Positions 1 through 13,960 of a stretch of 64,000 nt of DNA are shown here, one piece after another (position 1 is the stretch's first letter; every line of letters begins with the position of its first letter). Under the pieces are notes generated by a model. That model had not been told where the DNA came from. It did no database searches and worked only from the letters and a program-made list of their open reading frames with translations. Position numbers and translations under genes: made by a program. Origin of the DNA: Marsupella aquatica (Eukaryota; Plantae; Marchantiophyta); contig OZ316897.1 of the NCBI GenBank assembly GCA_973895155.1, positions 14,879,375 through 14,943,374 on the forward strand. The letters are read 5' to 3'.

Positions 1-1156
1 AAGACATTTTACAAGCTCTAGTATTGTGCAGCCCTGTAAATTAATAGCCCGCCCCATGCCCCCCCCCTTCATGCTTGGCTGCATCATACAGTTGGCATGC
101 CTTTTCCCACTCAAACTATCCCTAATTGCCAAATCATTCTCTATTCATTTTAATAATCGCTCACAACTTCCGCTGTTCCATTCGCCCATTCCATTACATT
201 CCGCGGGCAGGCCTGCGATAGGCTCGGCATTCGATATCCCTCCACGGCGGCTCACTTTTATAGTCGTCTGATGAGTGCCTCAAGTCTCTCAAGTCCCTCA
301 ATCTTTCCCAACATGCGAAATCGTTCTCCAGCAATAATAATATAATAATAATACACTTTCCGACCCATCGGTTTCCACACCCGCTTACCTCTTTCCTCTA
401 CTCAAGTCTTCCTTCCCTCCCCAGTCCAATGACACGGTACCGTACCTCCTCAGGTGTCGTCTGCTACACCAGATGAGATTTCACACGTAGCGCCATTGCC
501 CGTCGAAACGAAAAGATGGGCTGCTGATGTGATCCCTTCCCCTCATCAACTACCGCGAACTATCCCGCAGCACAGCCGTCCGTCGTCATTCGAGTGTTTG
601 TCTGCTGCCGCTGTTGGTCCTGCTGCCTCCATCCAAGCCAACTAATACGGCACCGTAGTTCGTTACGTACTTACTAGCTCAGTAGCACCAGGCATGACCC
701 AGGTCCAGCGAGCCCAGTAGTAGCCCACCTTTTCCTTTCCTGGCCGACAAAACCTGCGGATTCTTTATTCCAGTTTCACAACACAGCCCCCCTCCCTTCC
801 CCCCAACAATTAATCGGCCCAGTCTTTCAGCCCACCAAACTTCCCCTCTTGCCAAATAATAAGCAAGTCATCACTGCTCTCCAACTCATCCCTTCTCCCT
901 ACTGTTCCTACGGTAGACTCCGACGCCCTAGTACCGTAGCAATGTATGAAGCGGGTACCGTAGTGGAGTAATTGATACAGGTCGACTATCGTACGGTACG
1001 GTGCGTCACTGTTCCATCTCCAATCAATTTATTCAATCCTCCCACGTGGTTGAGATTTTGACCACTATTATATTCCGCTGGCTCCAATGTCACCCCCAGT
1101 TTTTTCGGGAAAGAGAGGCCATACAGTGAGGTACACAATGGGTACCATAAATGTAT

Positions 1157-1380
1157 GGATACATTCATTCGAGTCTTTATACCCGTACACTGTGTTTTCC
1201 TCTGGCTACATGTCAGTCGTTCGACTTTACTACTTTCGTTTGTTCGGATACGTTCGAGTCCTACCCTCTGATTTCCTGGATACTGTCCTGTCAGTGCTTC
1301 TACTTTTACTTTCGAAGAGATACGTACGAGTCCTTCCTCCTACTGCGCTGTTCAGTACAGTACTACTACTCATGTTTTCC
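1157..1380. repeat. Diverged tandem repeat, about 3 copies of a ~70-90 bp unit
   Basis: Recurrent GATAC..T(T/A)CGAGTC...TACTTTCG motif near 1157, 1247 and 1319; it produces the repeated 'YVRVLP..LLL' in ORF 1087..1404. Confidence 0.5.
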
Positions 1381-4300
1381 AATGGGAGGGCAACTTTTCA
1401 TTAATGTTTGGGGCTCAAATTGGAGGGAGGAATCAATCTGCCCAATTCTTGCATCCGGGCCGTGAATATGTGATTTCAGTCGATGAACGGGATTTTATTT
1501 CTAGAACTTTTTAAATTCAATTCACGGGTGAGATCGGGAGACTCTGCGCCGAAACGACTGACAACCGCTTGCATGAGGCTTGCACGAGATGAGAGATTCA
1601 GTGAGATTGTGGAGGAACGTCTTGTTCTTTCTATTGGATCGCTAAAGCTTTTGGAGATAACGGATCAGGAAAGAATGTTCATTTTTCTGGGTACTCAATC
1701 CTTTCGTATCTACCACGAAGATCCGAAAGCCAGGGGTGATCAATGAAACTTAAAAATATGTACTCGCCCAGATGTTCCTCAACGACTTCTCCCTCTGCAG
1801 AAAAATAAACTCGCGAGAGATGCACCTAATTGATGAGTCCTCTTATTATATTTGTCGGAATGACTCTCTAAAGACCGGTTATAGGAGAGTAAGTTGAACA
1901 ACATAGAATAAGGAAAAGAGCAGTAAGTCGAAGGTCACGACGTCAGTACATATCAGTACCCTTTTGGACAGCTCCTTTGGCACTTGCTCTCGCTCCCAGG
2001 CTTTGGAGGCGTATCCATTTCACAAATCTTTTGTTGTCTTTAGAATTAAACAGTCCTTGTATCGAAGCCAACGTTTACTTTGTCTATGTAAGTAATACTT
2101 TTAGTCTAGTCTTGCTCAAAGTAATACAAACCTCCCGCCCTTGTTCTGAGATGTGAGTGTGCTCCAAGACTCGGATTTCAGTGTGATGTGAATGACCTGT
2201 TTTTGCTGACTATGATTATTGCTAGCTCCTCCTCGATGACCAGATTTAACTCTCAGTTGGATCTCGACAGGGAATTTGACAGGGTGGCATTCAAATCAAC
2301 TTGCCTGACTCTCGCCCCTCCGAGTTTGAACACATTCGAGGGATTCATTCCGAGGAATATCTTGGCTGCAGACAAAACAGGAGGGCAATTAACGCGGCGT
2401 CGTCGTTGCAGTTGGGATTGCGCTCGAACCGCAAAAGTCTGCCTCGACATTACAAGGGAACGCGATTTCATAGGCAGTCTCCCAAGCTCAGGAAAATCAT
2501 TATATAATCCATCTCCCAGCGCAATGCCAGGAAACAACCTCTGCGTAGCAAATCCACCTAAACCTCTACCGGTAGTGCAGTCTTTCCTACTTCCCCCCTG
2601 TACACCGAAGCAAAGTCGAACGGCAATAGTCCCAAAAGTTCCTACTGCATTATTTTCAGTGTTGCCCACGTTACTCATGCTATAAGATCTATGGGATGAT
2701 TCGAGTTCCGAGAATTGTACTATGCATGTGCGGTGATCAAGTGGCTGTGTGTTTCATACCCTCAAAAACGTCATTCGTTTCATTAGCAATGCGCAACCTT
2801 GGCACCTGTGCAAATTACTCCTGGTCAAAATGCTCCTCTCAACGGATTGGATACACTCATCGACGATTTTTTTATGTGGACCATCAATGCAGCAAGCAGT
2901 AATCACATTTAAGACCCTGAAGCGATTCTTACGAAAATCTTAAGAAAGCCACGAGTCCCCAAAGAGTCATTATAGTAATACTCACTCTCCCACGCAACTG
3001 AATTGATTAGTCATGCCGCTTCTCGAGACAGATGATGTCAATTTCATCACGGTGAATTAGTGAATACTTAAGCCTCTTAATGTTTAAGGATTATAATAGA
3101 ATTTTAATTAATCTTGTTACAAGTTTGCTCACAGGAATTTTATTAGAGGACATTGTTACTCATCAAGATAAGACACTGCACGCGCAAGAGCAAGTACCAT
3201 CAAGCACCCACAAATCAAGACAAATCAAGTGCTCAAAGCTAACCTTAAAGCAGATTATGATTGGACTATTAGCGTGTGGCTTAATGCAGTAAAGCCTAAT
3301 GAGTATCTTAATTAAGATTTCAGTAAGTACGACTTGTTGAGTTTGATGAAATAATGTTTAATTTGGCAGGTCATGAAAGTGGCTACCTACAATTTTCTAT
3401 AATTGGCAAGCCCATCTAGATTTGGCGGTAACCTCGATAAACACTGTGTTACTGCTGTTCAGTAAGTTCGTTCCATCCATCAATACGGGAATAGTCCGGA
3501 GTAATCACCTTCGTCGTTTGTAATAAATTTCTCGGCTTGACCAAACTAATATAGTAATCTTGATTCTACCCAATAGCATGAGTCAATTAATTTGTGACCA
3601 CATTTAGTAAGAATAGTTACTTGGGACTTGGGTTTAGGGACTTGGCAGTTTGCCCTCACTGTGTGTTTCCCCCTCGGTTGCAGTTTTCCACATTGAGAGC
3701 TCCAATCTCCGCTAATTTGGCCAAAACAATGGGTTTACGGGATTGATGATTACAAGCTTCATTAAGGTTCCCACAAAACAGGGATAGTTTTGCCTCAAAT
3801 AGACTGGGTTGAGTACCACATGCATGCTTTGGAGGCTGCCACAGTTCCATCCAATGCTATTGGCCTGTACATGTGATTTGCACGCCTGCTTTCTTATGCA
3901 ATTCATTTTTAGCACTGCTTTGAAGTAATCATGTCAGGACTACTGTGATTTTTCTGAGAGATTACTTTCACAGATGTAATTTGGTCAAATTTGAGCTGGC
4001 GCAAACTTTGTGGGAAAGATTTTAGGAAATCGATTATCGATGCGTCTCGATGAAATACACCTCGGTTTGGGAAAGATGACTTTTGTCTGAAATTTCGAAC
4101 TTCGAATGGCATGATTGCGATGACAAAGAGCTATTGCAAGTGGACTGTTTCGCCGAAGGATTGGATCTGGCAAAGTGCATGTAGAAACCTCATTGATTGA
4201 TACGTCACTGATCCTTTCCCTTGTAAAAAAATTTCCTTCATTAATCGGCTCAGATCTTCATAATGTGTGTATATTGTACATTTGGCATGCACCTTAATTG

Positions 4301-4417
4301 GCCGTTCTGGGATCCGTCAAGTGTCATCTCCCGCCCATCAAATGGGCCAGGCCATCTTCAATAGCTCACAGAACAATACTGTAAGCCGTACCGCGGAACT
4401 CCCGCAGCCTCTTAGGA

Positions 4418-4512
4418 TCTCTCTCTCTCACTTCCCAGACCAGAAGTCCAGAAGAACCAAAGACTCTCTCGCTCTCTCTCTTCCCAGACCAGAAGTCCAG
4501 AAGAACCAAAGA
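4418..4512. repeat. Tandem duplication with ~49-bp period
   Basis: CTTCCCAGACCAGAAGTCCAGAAGAACCAAAGA at 4431 and 4480, each preceded by (CT)n. Confidence 0.85.
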
Positions 4513-7500
4513 AAGGACCGTCTCTGGATCGTAGCTGCGATGCAGCTCAACTCACTCTCTGAATACTTCCAGTGGCGACTAGCGACTGGCAATAACACTA
4601 CAGTAGAATAAACCCTAATGCAGATTCAGTACAGTTGATGACTGAGAGCTTGCAGAAGACGCTCTTGATCATCATTGTCGACCAAAATACCCAGCTCTTC
4701 AGATTCTTTCATTGATTGTTGGTCATAACTCGGCCATGTCTCCATCGGCAGATTCTGTAATAATAATAAGAGTTAGTTGCTGTACACCTTGGCCCTCCTG
4801 AGCTAGCTTGTCAAAGTCATCCGTCATGCAACTTGACTTGGTATCGGCATCATTCTCCTTCAAAGTTGAAGAAGCATGGCGTGCCTAGCCAAAATAATAA
4901 TGTAGTGTCACTACTACCCCAGTACCCCTTCGCATTCCTCCAAGAATGTCTGGATCTCATACTTACGGATTAGCTCACGCTTGGTTTCGAACTGGAGTTC
5001 ATTCAATGGGGTCCCATTGTTGGTAAACCGCTCTCATGGAAACCTCGTGAACCTTGCATAGAGCCAGGACAATCCATGTCCAGAGATTAAACAAGCATAC
5101 TTTAGGATCAACTTATCCTAATTCAGTGTACTGTATTTAATTTCCTCCCGAGCAGGTCACTAAAATTTGGCTGTCAGTGATCATTTCAGAGCTGGATTGA
5201 GACGGCCATAAACGTGGGAAAGGTTGCAGGTTTACTGCAGATGGACTGCTGAGCTCATATCTGATGAAATTGGATTTCTGAATTTGGACCAAAGATACGT
5301 TTATGGTTGCAGAGACTTTTCAAGGAGAGAATGCTTTCTCAGAGTAAAAAGAGTGCTCAGTGTGGGCTCCGACGGACTATGCATCCAACGATTGGCGCAC
5401 ATTTCCTAAAGACTGAGAACTGGGAGGATAAATTAGGGTCCAGCAGCTTCCGTCGACCATACTGCAGAATCCTGTCATCTGTCATCGCAGATGGCAGACT
5501 CTTGCTCTAAACAAAACCAATACTGTTGCAGAGCTCGTTCTAGCGGTCCATCGCTAACTGACCCATGACCCATCATCAAAACAACAAGCTGCCCCAATTT
5601 CGATGAAGAAGACAAGACCATTTAATTCTACTCCAATTAAACCAAGGTCTCTGCAGAATCAAGTTCAGTTTTCCGCGAGCAGTGGACCCAAGAAGCAGCA
5701 GCGACTCTCATTATTATTGACTACTGTGTTCGAGATCCGTTTCACTTATTATCACTCGCTTACGTGGTAAATGTGGAACAAGAGAATGAACCTCACTCCA
5801 AACACGAGGAAAAGCAACTCTAGCTGCTGCACGATCATGGTGCATGGAAGGTGTTCCAACCACGGCTGTTGCAACTCTGCCGAAAGTCAGTCTGGAAGCA
5901 CCTCAAAGCTGTACCTAGGCTCCACATCGCTTGGTCTAATCAGTTCCTTTTATGACATGAGCGGAGGTAAAATCTTGGAAGTAGTCAAATGAGCTTTGAA
6001 TTAGATTTTTGTTAAGAATGTATTCATAGTTGTCAAACTCTCATTTTACTGTCAAGATGGTAGTATACTTTGAAGGGGTAGCACCAAAACATTTTAAACT
6101 TTAGGGGCTCGCTAGTTGAGTCAAAGTTTCTGGTTTAGGGTCCCACTCTAAGTAATTAATGTATCTACAGTTCAGGAAACCACTAAAGTTGAATGGTTGA
6201 ATGATGGTTAAATGACTTCTATCTACAGCTAGGCATTGATTAATTATTGACTCTTATGGACAATATATAGTTAAGATGAGAACCTAGGGTTCAAAGAATG
6301 ATTTGTCACTATTACAAAAACCTTTCAACCAAATTTAGAGTGTTAGACCATGAACACTTCACCAAAGGTATCAGTCTCAGTATATTCATTCTACTTTCAA
6401 CATTAATATGTTCTAAAGTTGATGGAAATTTTGGGGGAAATTTGCAATTGGTTTAGTATTTAGTAAAAGGCCTTCGAACTTACCTAGTCTTGCTCCTTAT
6501 GTATAGATTAACTAGTGAAGCTATTGCTGGGTGTTGATCACAATATTTGGACAAGTTGGAGGATTCACTTAACCTTCCTCCTTTCCACATGGCTAACTTT
6601 AGGTTTAATGTCTAAAAGGAAGATCCCTGGGTCCTCACTTCGTGTAAACCTCTAACCTCATCTGTGATAAATCCCCTCCCTCTCCTCTACCCATCATTAT
6701 TTGTTCTCTCCTAGAAAAGTTTCCTTCTTATTTCTTTAAAAAACACTATTTTCACAACATAGTGGAGACTGTAGACTCTTAATGTAAAATCCATTGTACC
6801 ATATTCATACCAGCACCTGTTTAGAGTTAAATAGCGTGATGTCATCTTACTAAGATCAGACTAGGCATAGAGCATAAAGGAAATAAAAATCACGCAATCC
6901 ATTTTATTTCCTTTATATATGAAAAGTACTTGTTGCTTTATTTACAACTGGGATGATTATGAATAATAGTCCTGTCTTCTGTCTTATATGCCAATCTTGA
7001 TTATGAAGAATGCAATTTTAAGATGAACCAATATTATTAGTTACTTTGGTCCCTTGGGATGATGGCACGTGGATCATTAGTCCCTTTGGTTGATGTGGGA
7101 TGTTGGGCACTGGTGGTGTCCACAAGACCTGACATTGCATTGCACATACTGTTGCAAGTGTTGCTGGCTGTATGTCTAATTCTGTTCCATTCAAGACATT
7201 GGATTGGTGCCAGGGGGATGGTTGAAGAATGGTTCTCCGGGTGGCTTTACACGAAGTTGGGGGCACTTACAACTCTTTTCTGGGCTTTGAGATGTGATCG
7301 ATCGGGGCCATCCATTGGGGAGAAACTCTTGCTATTCACTTTACATATCCTTGGGGGCACTTTCAACCTAACCTCTTGCCAATCTACATTCAATGGAGTG
7401 GGGCCCAAATTGTGCTTAAGTAACACATTTTTGTCCAGGATTTTAGACAACCTCTCTTCGAGGTTTCTTTTATTCTTTATCTAGCCACTTGGTCCATTCC

Positions 7501-8540
7501 TATTTTGGGTCCTTTACTTAAAAGTGGACCCACATGCCCCTCATCAAATCTTCTCTTGTCGGAAAAGGAGGGCCCTAGCCAAAGAACTAATATGTGACTT
7601 TTAGGTGAAGTGGGTCCCCAAATTGTCTCCTAGCAAATTACTCTAGCACCATTTGCTACAGTTTGCTTTATAAGAAAATGATTTTGATCTCTTCTTTTAG
7701 CCCGGGTGCACTACTTACAGTATATTAAATGGCTGATTATTTAGCTTCGTAAACAAACACTCAAATTGCCCTCAGAACCGCGTAATTCCAGGATGAAAAT
7801 ATGCATGAACGAGAGCTAAATGGCCTGAATTTGTATTGCTTGACATAAATGATGAGATTGTTCAAAGATTTGTGCATGAAAAAGTGCGGTCAATCTCATT
7901 CACATCCTAATCTCGCCATCTAACCCATCAATGCTGAGCGGCCCTACACCTGCTAGCGATTAGAAAACAATTGAAAATTTTTAAATTAGCTTAAAAAACA
8001 ACAAAAAAAACACTTTGAATATATTGTGGAGGGCAGGGCAGCACCCCGCCTGCCATTGAAAACCCTAAACCCAAATGGACAATCCGCATATGTTTGGATA
8101 GTATCGCTCATAACAGATTTTGCCATTATTTAAGGTTGTTCAGTTTGCTCCAACTTTAATCCACCTTCCACAAATGGTATTAAAAAGTTTTCAGGACTAT
8201 GTATCTCCATAAATCAGCAAAACAGTTTAAGACAAGTAACGGTGCGAAGGTCCCAAAAATAACGTGAAGTAGTTTCTCTTGTAATTTTTATGCTAAAACG
8301 ATGTTGTGTTTTAGAAGAAGATTTAGTAATTCTTTTTTGTAGTGGCAAAGAATTTTATATGAACCATCTTGGAGCAAGAATGAACTGGTTTTGGTGACGT
8401 GGTACCGGCCTTACAATTCTTGGCCCCACTTTTCAAGCCCTCCCACATGTCATGTTTCTAAGCTTCTAAAAGATTGTAAAGCTCTTTCAAAAATGCAATG
8501 GGCCTTTCATGTATTTCTTGCATCGATAATGACTTTAGTC

Positions 8541-9525
8541 TGTGTTTAGATGCTGGGTCCACACTTTTCCCACATCTGTGTGCTGCTAAGGGTCTCATTT
8601 TTCAGGACTTTTGCACATGCAAGACAGCCCTAAACTAAACTAACTTTCTTCTCACCTTGCGGACAAGATAGTCTGAGATATCCTGCATGTATTACATGTC
8701 AGATATATATGACTTGAATATAAATATAAAATGATATATTGTAATGAAGGATGAGTCAGATTGAAAATTAAACATAAACTACTAAAGAGGAAATGGAAAC
8801 TACATCTGATAATGACTCTCTCATGCCCATGATAATTTTCTGGAACAAGTTTTAAGGTTCAGGGTGCGAAATTACAAACTGACAAAATAGCACTTGGTCC
8901 ATCAAATTGCTTGGGGACAATTGTTTAACTTTGGTGGAATTGCATCTGTCACATATTGGTAAAACAGTGTTTCATCACCCTACCGTCCAAACTGAGTTCA
9001 AGTATTAGCCTACCCCCAAAACTATTTGAATTATCAGCCTGCCCCCAAATCTTGTTGAGTACATAAAGCACCCAGGGCAATCCGCCATTGGTCTGCAGCC
9101 CAAACCTTGGTGGTCAGCTTGTCCGCTGCCCGGTCAGGCCCTCCCATGCCATGCACCCCCCCTCCCCCACCCCCCCCCCCCCCCCCCCCCCGGTCGTGAC
9201 TAAGGGCCATCTTGCATGTGCAAGGTCCTTTGATTGTTGGCCCTCAAATGAACCCGTGGCATCCCTAAACGAAGCAACAAGCCGGCAGTCCTGATGACGT
9301 CTTTGGAGGATATGCAAGGGCAAGGGCCGGAAATTTTCTGGCCCTTAAGGTCCCAAACTTTGAACTTTGAATAAAACAAAATGGCAGTAGATCCGACTGA
9401 ATAAGCACTTCACACGGAAGCTGTTCTAGATTGTGCTTAGATCCTGGGTCCACACTTTTCCCGACATCTGTGGGCTGCTAGGGGTCGCATTTTTCAGGAC
9501 TCTTGCACATGCAAGACAGCCCTAA
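8541..9525 (+). repeat. Pair of ~93-bp direct repeats (8541-8633 and 9432-9525)
   Basis: Both read TGTG(T/C)TTAGAT.CTGGGTCCACACTTTTCC..CATCTGTG.GCTGCTA.GGGTC.CATTTTTCAGGACT.TTGCACATGCAAGACAGCCCTAA. Confidence 0.8.
9156..9191. repeat. Poly-C tract (C22 at 9170-9191); G-quadruplex potential on the minus strand
   Basis: Directly visible homopolymer. Confidence 0.9.
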
Positions 9526-9770
9526 GTTAAGCCTACCTCCCCCCTTTGCGACTCTCCTTGTACCTTGTGACTGTAACTCAGGCTATGACACTCAGAGTGA
9601 CCACCTGTCAGGCAAAGCATAAACACAAACTTTGTGAGTGATGATGGGGGAGAGTCACAAAGCGCTAGGCAGGAGGGTCATAGTTGCAAAGAGGGAGAGG
9701 AAGAGGAAATTGCATTGGGGAGAGGCCAGGTGAGTAGCAAATCTGAACGGCATCAGAAAGATCCCCAGCC

Positions 9771-9951
9771 GTAAGTGGTGAGTTACGGACTTTGGTCACA
9801 AGTGGTAGGAAAACTCCCTCCCTAGTTATGGCTTATGGACACAAAAAGTTATGGACTACAAACTTCATAGTCCATAACTTTTTGCCATAAGGATTGGTCT
9901 TATGCCATAACCATTAGTCGCTTAAAAGCTTTTGTGAGTCCGCCACTTTAC
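9771..9951. mobile_element. Small foldback/MITE-like element
   Basis: Perfect 17-bp inverted repeat CAAAAAGTTATGGACTA (9842-9858) / TAGTCCATAACTTTTTG (9868-9884). Nested outer arms GTTATGGC/GCCATAAC and GTAAGTGG..CGGACT/AGTCCGCCACTTTAC. Confidence 0.55.
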
Positions 9952-10239
9952 TTCTGGGAAACCGTGTGTGACCGTGACTGGAGCCAAAACCCAGAGATTT
10001 GAGACCCCCTGGTCTTGTCACAAAGGGGGTGGGGGTGTAGTCCCTATGCATGGCCTGGCCAGGAGGCAGTTAGTTAATTAAGTTAACAACCCTGGTCAAG
10101 TTACTGACTAAAGGGGGTCGCCCTGAGTGGTTCATCTAATGCACATTCTAATAAGGGGGCAGGTTATCAAATGTTGAGTGACTTAGAGGTAAGGGAACAA
10201 AAGTGGGATTGGTAACATTTGTGATTTTCCTCCTACACT

Positions 10240-13200
10240 TATGGAGAATAGCTGTGTAAATTTCCCCGTTCTTTCACCGGCGTTCAATATCTTCCAAAAA
10301 TTCTCCATAGCTGTGAAATCTGGGGTATGGAGATTTTATTTGCCTCATACATCTGGAAGAGATGGAAAAGCTGAGAGCACGCTGAGAGGAGGCGAAACAG
10401 TTCAAGAAAGTCTACAATTTTGGGAGGAATCACTTCTCCGCTGACTGGAGAGATTTTTGTGGAGAATTATTCAATTTGGGGTTTCTTATCACTTAATTAA
10501 TTGGTTAAGTGAACAATCTGCCTTTTCATCGTTGCGATACATCTTTAGGTATAATTGCTGCAATCAATGGATGAGAACGGACAGGATTGGTCGTTTCTCT
10601 TGGAGTGAAATTCTGGACCTACTTTCCTTGACAGTGCTATGTTCAGTCCTGAAGGTGCTGGATTCCAAGTGGGCCTGGAGATCGATTACTTCTTACTAAT
10701 TCTCCAGTATCTATAACTCAGAATTCTTCATTACATTGACAAATCCTGGATGGTGGAAACAAAGGCTGACCAATTTGAGCAGATGACATATTAGAGAATA
10801 TACAAGCTTGAAAAATAGTGATACTCCTGCAGTTTCGGGTGGTCAAACGGCATAATTGGGTGACGACAATGAAAAAGGCTTATCTCTTCCATCAGTCAAG
10901 AGAGTAATGATCAATTGATGAGCAATGAAACAATCAGGAGCATAAAATTGTTAACAAAGAAGCATGGTGCAATTCCACTTCCAGGCTCCTTGGATTTGAT
11001 CTGAAACAATTGAAGGTCAGTAATGTCATCTGTCCAATTCTACTTTCGAGATTTCAGGACAACAATGAAAGAAAAATCGTCAACATATTTGACAGGAGAC
11101 AAAAAAGTGCGGAGGGTTCCCGATCATCCCAGGATATATCCCAGGCTTCGTCAAGGCCACTTCTTATAGTGATCTGAATTGAGAATCACCAGAAGGTCAT
11201 CTGGATTTCAGGAAGAAGCTTGTTTCACCAAGAGTATTCTATGAAATTCGCACTGCCAATTCTCACCATTTTTGGGTACTTGACACCAAGAGTATTCTAT
11301 GCAATTCGCACTGCCAATTCTCACCATTTTGGGCTACTTGACCCAGCAAACAACTACTAGAACCGCTAGGTCACCATCCAGCATATACACTTCGTTACGA
11401 GACTGTTTTTCACAACCAGCTGTTGTGGGTAACGATCACGAAGAACTAAATTGTAGCTACACAGCAATATGGAATTTATCAATAACGTAGTAACCAACCA
11501 GGGAAACGTGTGTTTGAGAGCTGTGGATAACCGTTGTGAGATCCCAAATCAAACGATGATCTGTGTCGAGAAGTTGAATATCGCTTCCATGAGTAACTTG
11601 CCAATGTTTCTCCATTGAGGAAGGATTCCATCGAAATTGACTGGATTTAGCAACTCCCCGAGCGTTACTCGATTACTGGAATTCTGGACTTCTAAATTAA
11701 AGAATTAGAGGACTGAGTATTGATCCCCTTCTAGATCTCTGCTCTGCTACATTTAACCCCGAAAAGTAAGTTTGTGAGAGCTAAAACGATATGTCATTGC
11801 GGAAAGTCTGATATCTGAAAGAAATTAGCAAAAGCAGTGTGACAATTAGGAACTGTAAGACTGGAAAAATGAGATCCCTTCATTGTGAACTCAGTGTGGT
11901 TGACTGAAAACCGAAAGCTTCTCTAGCAGCAAAGAAGTTTGCATCTGCCTTAACTTCCACGAAGGCACACGGTGGACGTAAAAGAAATAGTTGGCGAGAT
12001 GCAGATAAAAGTCACTTTGTTCCTGCATAACTACCCGTCGCAAAGGTAGGTTATTCTACACGACAGGAAGATCTTAATTAGGACATAGTTTTGCAGTTCG
12101 GCAGTCGCTTTGCCCTTTGCAAATAACAGCGCTTGATTAGCAGAGCCTTTGTTTATATGAAAACTTAACGAATGCTATCAATGGGAGTCTTCTGCATATA
12201 TACTTACCAACCAAGCTGATCTAATTCAAAGCAATATACGATTGACATTGTGCCCAGTGTTCAAGCCAGCAGACTTTGTCACAGTGCTTCAATGACTATG
12301 CAACATCACGGCTCAAAGGATTCCTTATGTCAATACTTTGGAGTTTTGGTAAGTATTTGAAAGCATCTTGCCCAAGCTTTGGGAATGAAAACCAAATCAC
12401 GATTAAAGCTCAGAGTCTGGTGCCACGAAATGTGCGCATCATTGCTTAAGTTGAAGTATTCAAGGCTTTGTGAATAGGATTTATTTACCATACCAGCCAC
12501 CGCAACTTTGAGCAACAACATGATGGCCAAACGTCTGTTCAGCTGATACGGGAGGTAGTCTTTCAATAAACCCCTGTCAGCGTCATCCCGGGAAGACAAC
12601 TTGTTGAAAAGTAACGTATGATCATGGCATTGCTACGACAGATTATGCATGCAGTGGCATTCCAATTGAGGATAATTTATCATTCATCTTGATTTATAAC
12701 CAAAGAGCTCTGTGCAAAGAAAATCTCGTAACTCACTTACATTTGGCTTGACTTCTTGTTTCAGTTCCAGTCTGCAAGGGCAGTTGACTCAATCTTCTCA
12801 ATACCTCCGTTCTCCACAATCTCACATATTTTGCACTTAAACTCGTTAGCAAATATTGGAACTTTTGAATACCAACGTCCTCCCCCACATTAGGAAAAAC
12901 GGTATTTTTAGAGGCAAGGTTATAGATCCGCATTACGGTTGGCTGCAGTACCTCCAACTCGAGTTGAAGTTGCATTCAGAACATTTAAAATAGATTTGCT
13001 TGCTTGCCACTAATGCCACTAATGGGGTGAAGGAGCTCCATTTTATGGAAAGCTATCTCGACCTCTCTCGGAATCCGATTTGCCAACAAAACATTACTTC
13101 CTTCCTACTGAACAGTCCACAATTGTTTTTGAGAAGTTCTGTCCCGGCTCTCACTCTCACAGAAATTATACAAACTTTTTTCGTGCTGCCACACTTAGAG

Positions 13201-13960
13201 ACTCCAAACTGGTCAGTAGATCGTTAGTAACCTTGTCATGGAACACCAGCGTTGCTAAGCTTAGCTTGAGACCACTCTCCAGACCCTAATGAGGATGCAT
13301 TTCGTCCACATGAGTTTCTGTGCGACTGTCAGGAGCCTTGAAGATTCTCAGTTTCCATTTTGTACCAAACTTAAGTGGGGATCACCCGTGCCTACGGAAC
13401 GTATTAGAAGTTTACCGTCCCCACATCAGCCGGAGGAGATAACCTCGCAATATCGGAAGAGTTGGCTTCGTTACAGTCATCCTCCTTACAGTACGTAATT
13501 CATATCCATAAGTGCACCAACTTGGCTTTGCCAGAGCCCCTGTCCGTTGTCCAGAGGATCAAATTCAGAAATCAATATATGAGAGAACAATCATGATGGA
13601 AGACGCATTCGCATTAGCCAAAACTGAGCAAACTGTGTGGATCCATTTCCAAACACAAATGAAGCTCGAGAATGAATCGTGTGAGCACATTTGCGTTCAT
13701 TAGAGAATGAACGCATGCAGAAGTCCCAGGCACAAATCGATTATTTTAGCTCCATCTGTGTACAGCCAACCGCTTTTCTCGCATGTCAACCATCCAATGA
13801 ACAAATTTGCAAAAGCTATGCAAACCAAAAAACATGCCAAAAGTGTGACTTACTAGAGAGCTGTATGGTGCTAGCACGAGCTAGGACTATCTATGCGTGG
13901 CAAGATGTGGAAACTCTCCACATGGCCAACTATTCATCCCGTCTAGTTATCCCGCCTTGA
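10240..13960 (+). pseudogene. Highly decayed coding-like tract, possibly an LRR-protein pseudogene
   Basis: Short stop-interrupted frames with LRR-like peptides (YLDLSRNPI, LQYLQLELKL, SLEDSQFPFCTKLKW). No continuous ORF; boundaries approximate. Confidence 0.3.
11226..11342. repeat. Tandem duplication, 58-bp unit x2
   Basis: CACCAAGAGTATTCTATG.AATTCGCACTGCCAATTCTCACCATTTT.GG.TACTTGA at 11226 and 11284. Confidence 0.9.

Noticed and set aside
1400-6000. ORFs 2188..2685, 2253..2678 and other coding-like tracts
   Set aside because: No recognisable motifs, many stops in all frames and no consistent splice pattern; possibly old pseudogene or TE debris that I cannot assign.
7018-7484. 141-aa hydrophobic ORF and overlapping antisense ORFs
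   Set aside because: No domain similarity and no supporting gene structure.
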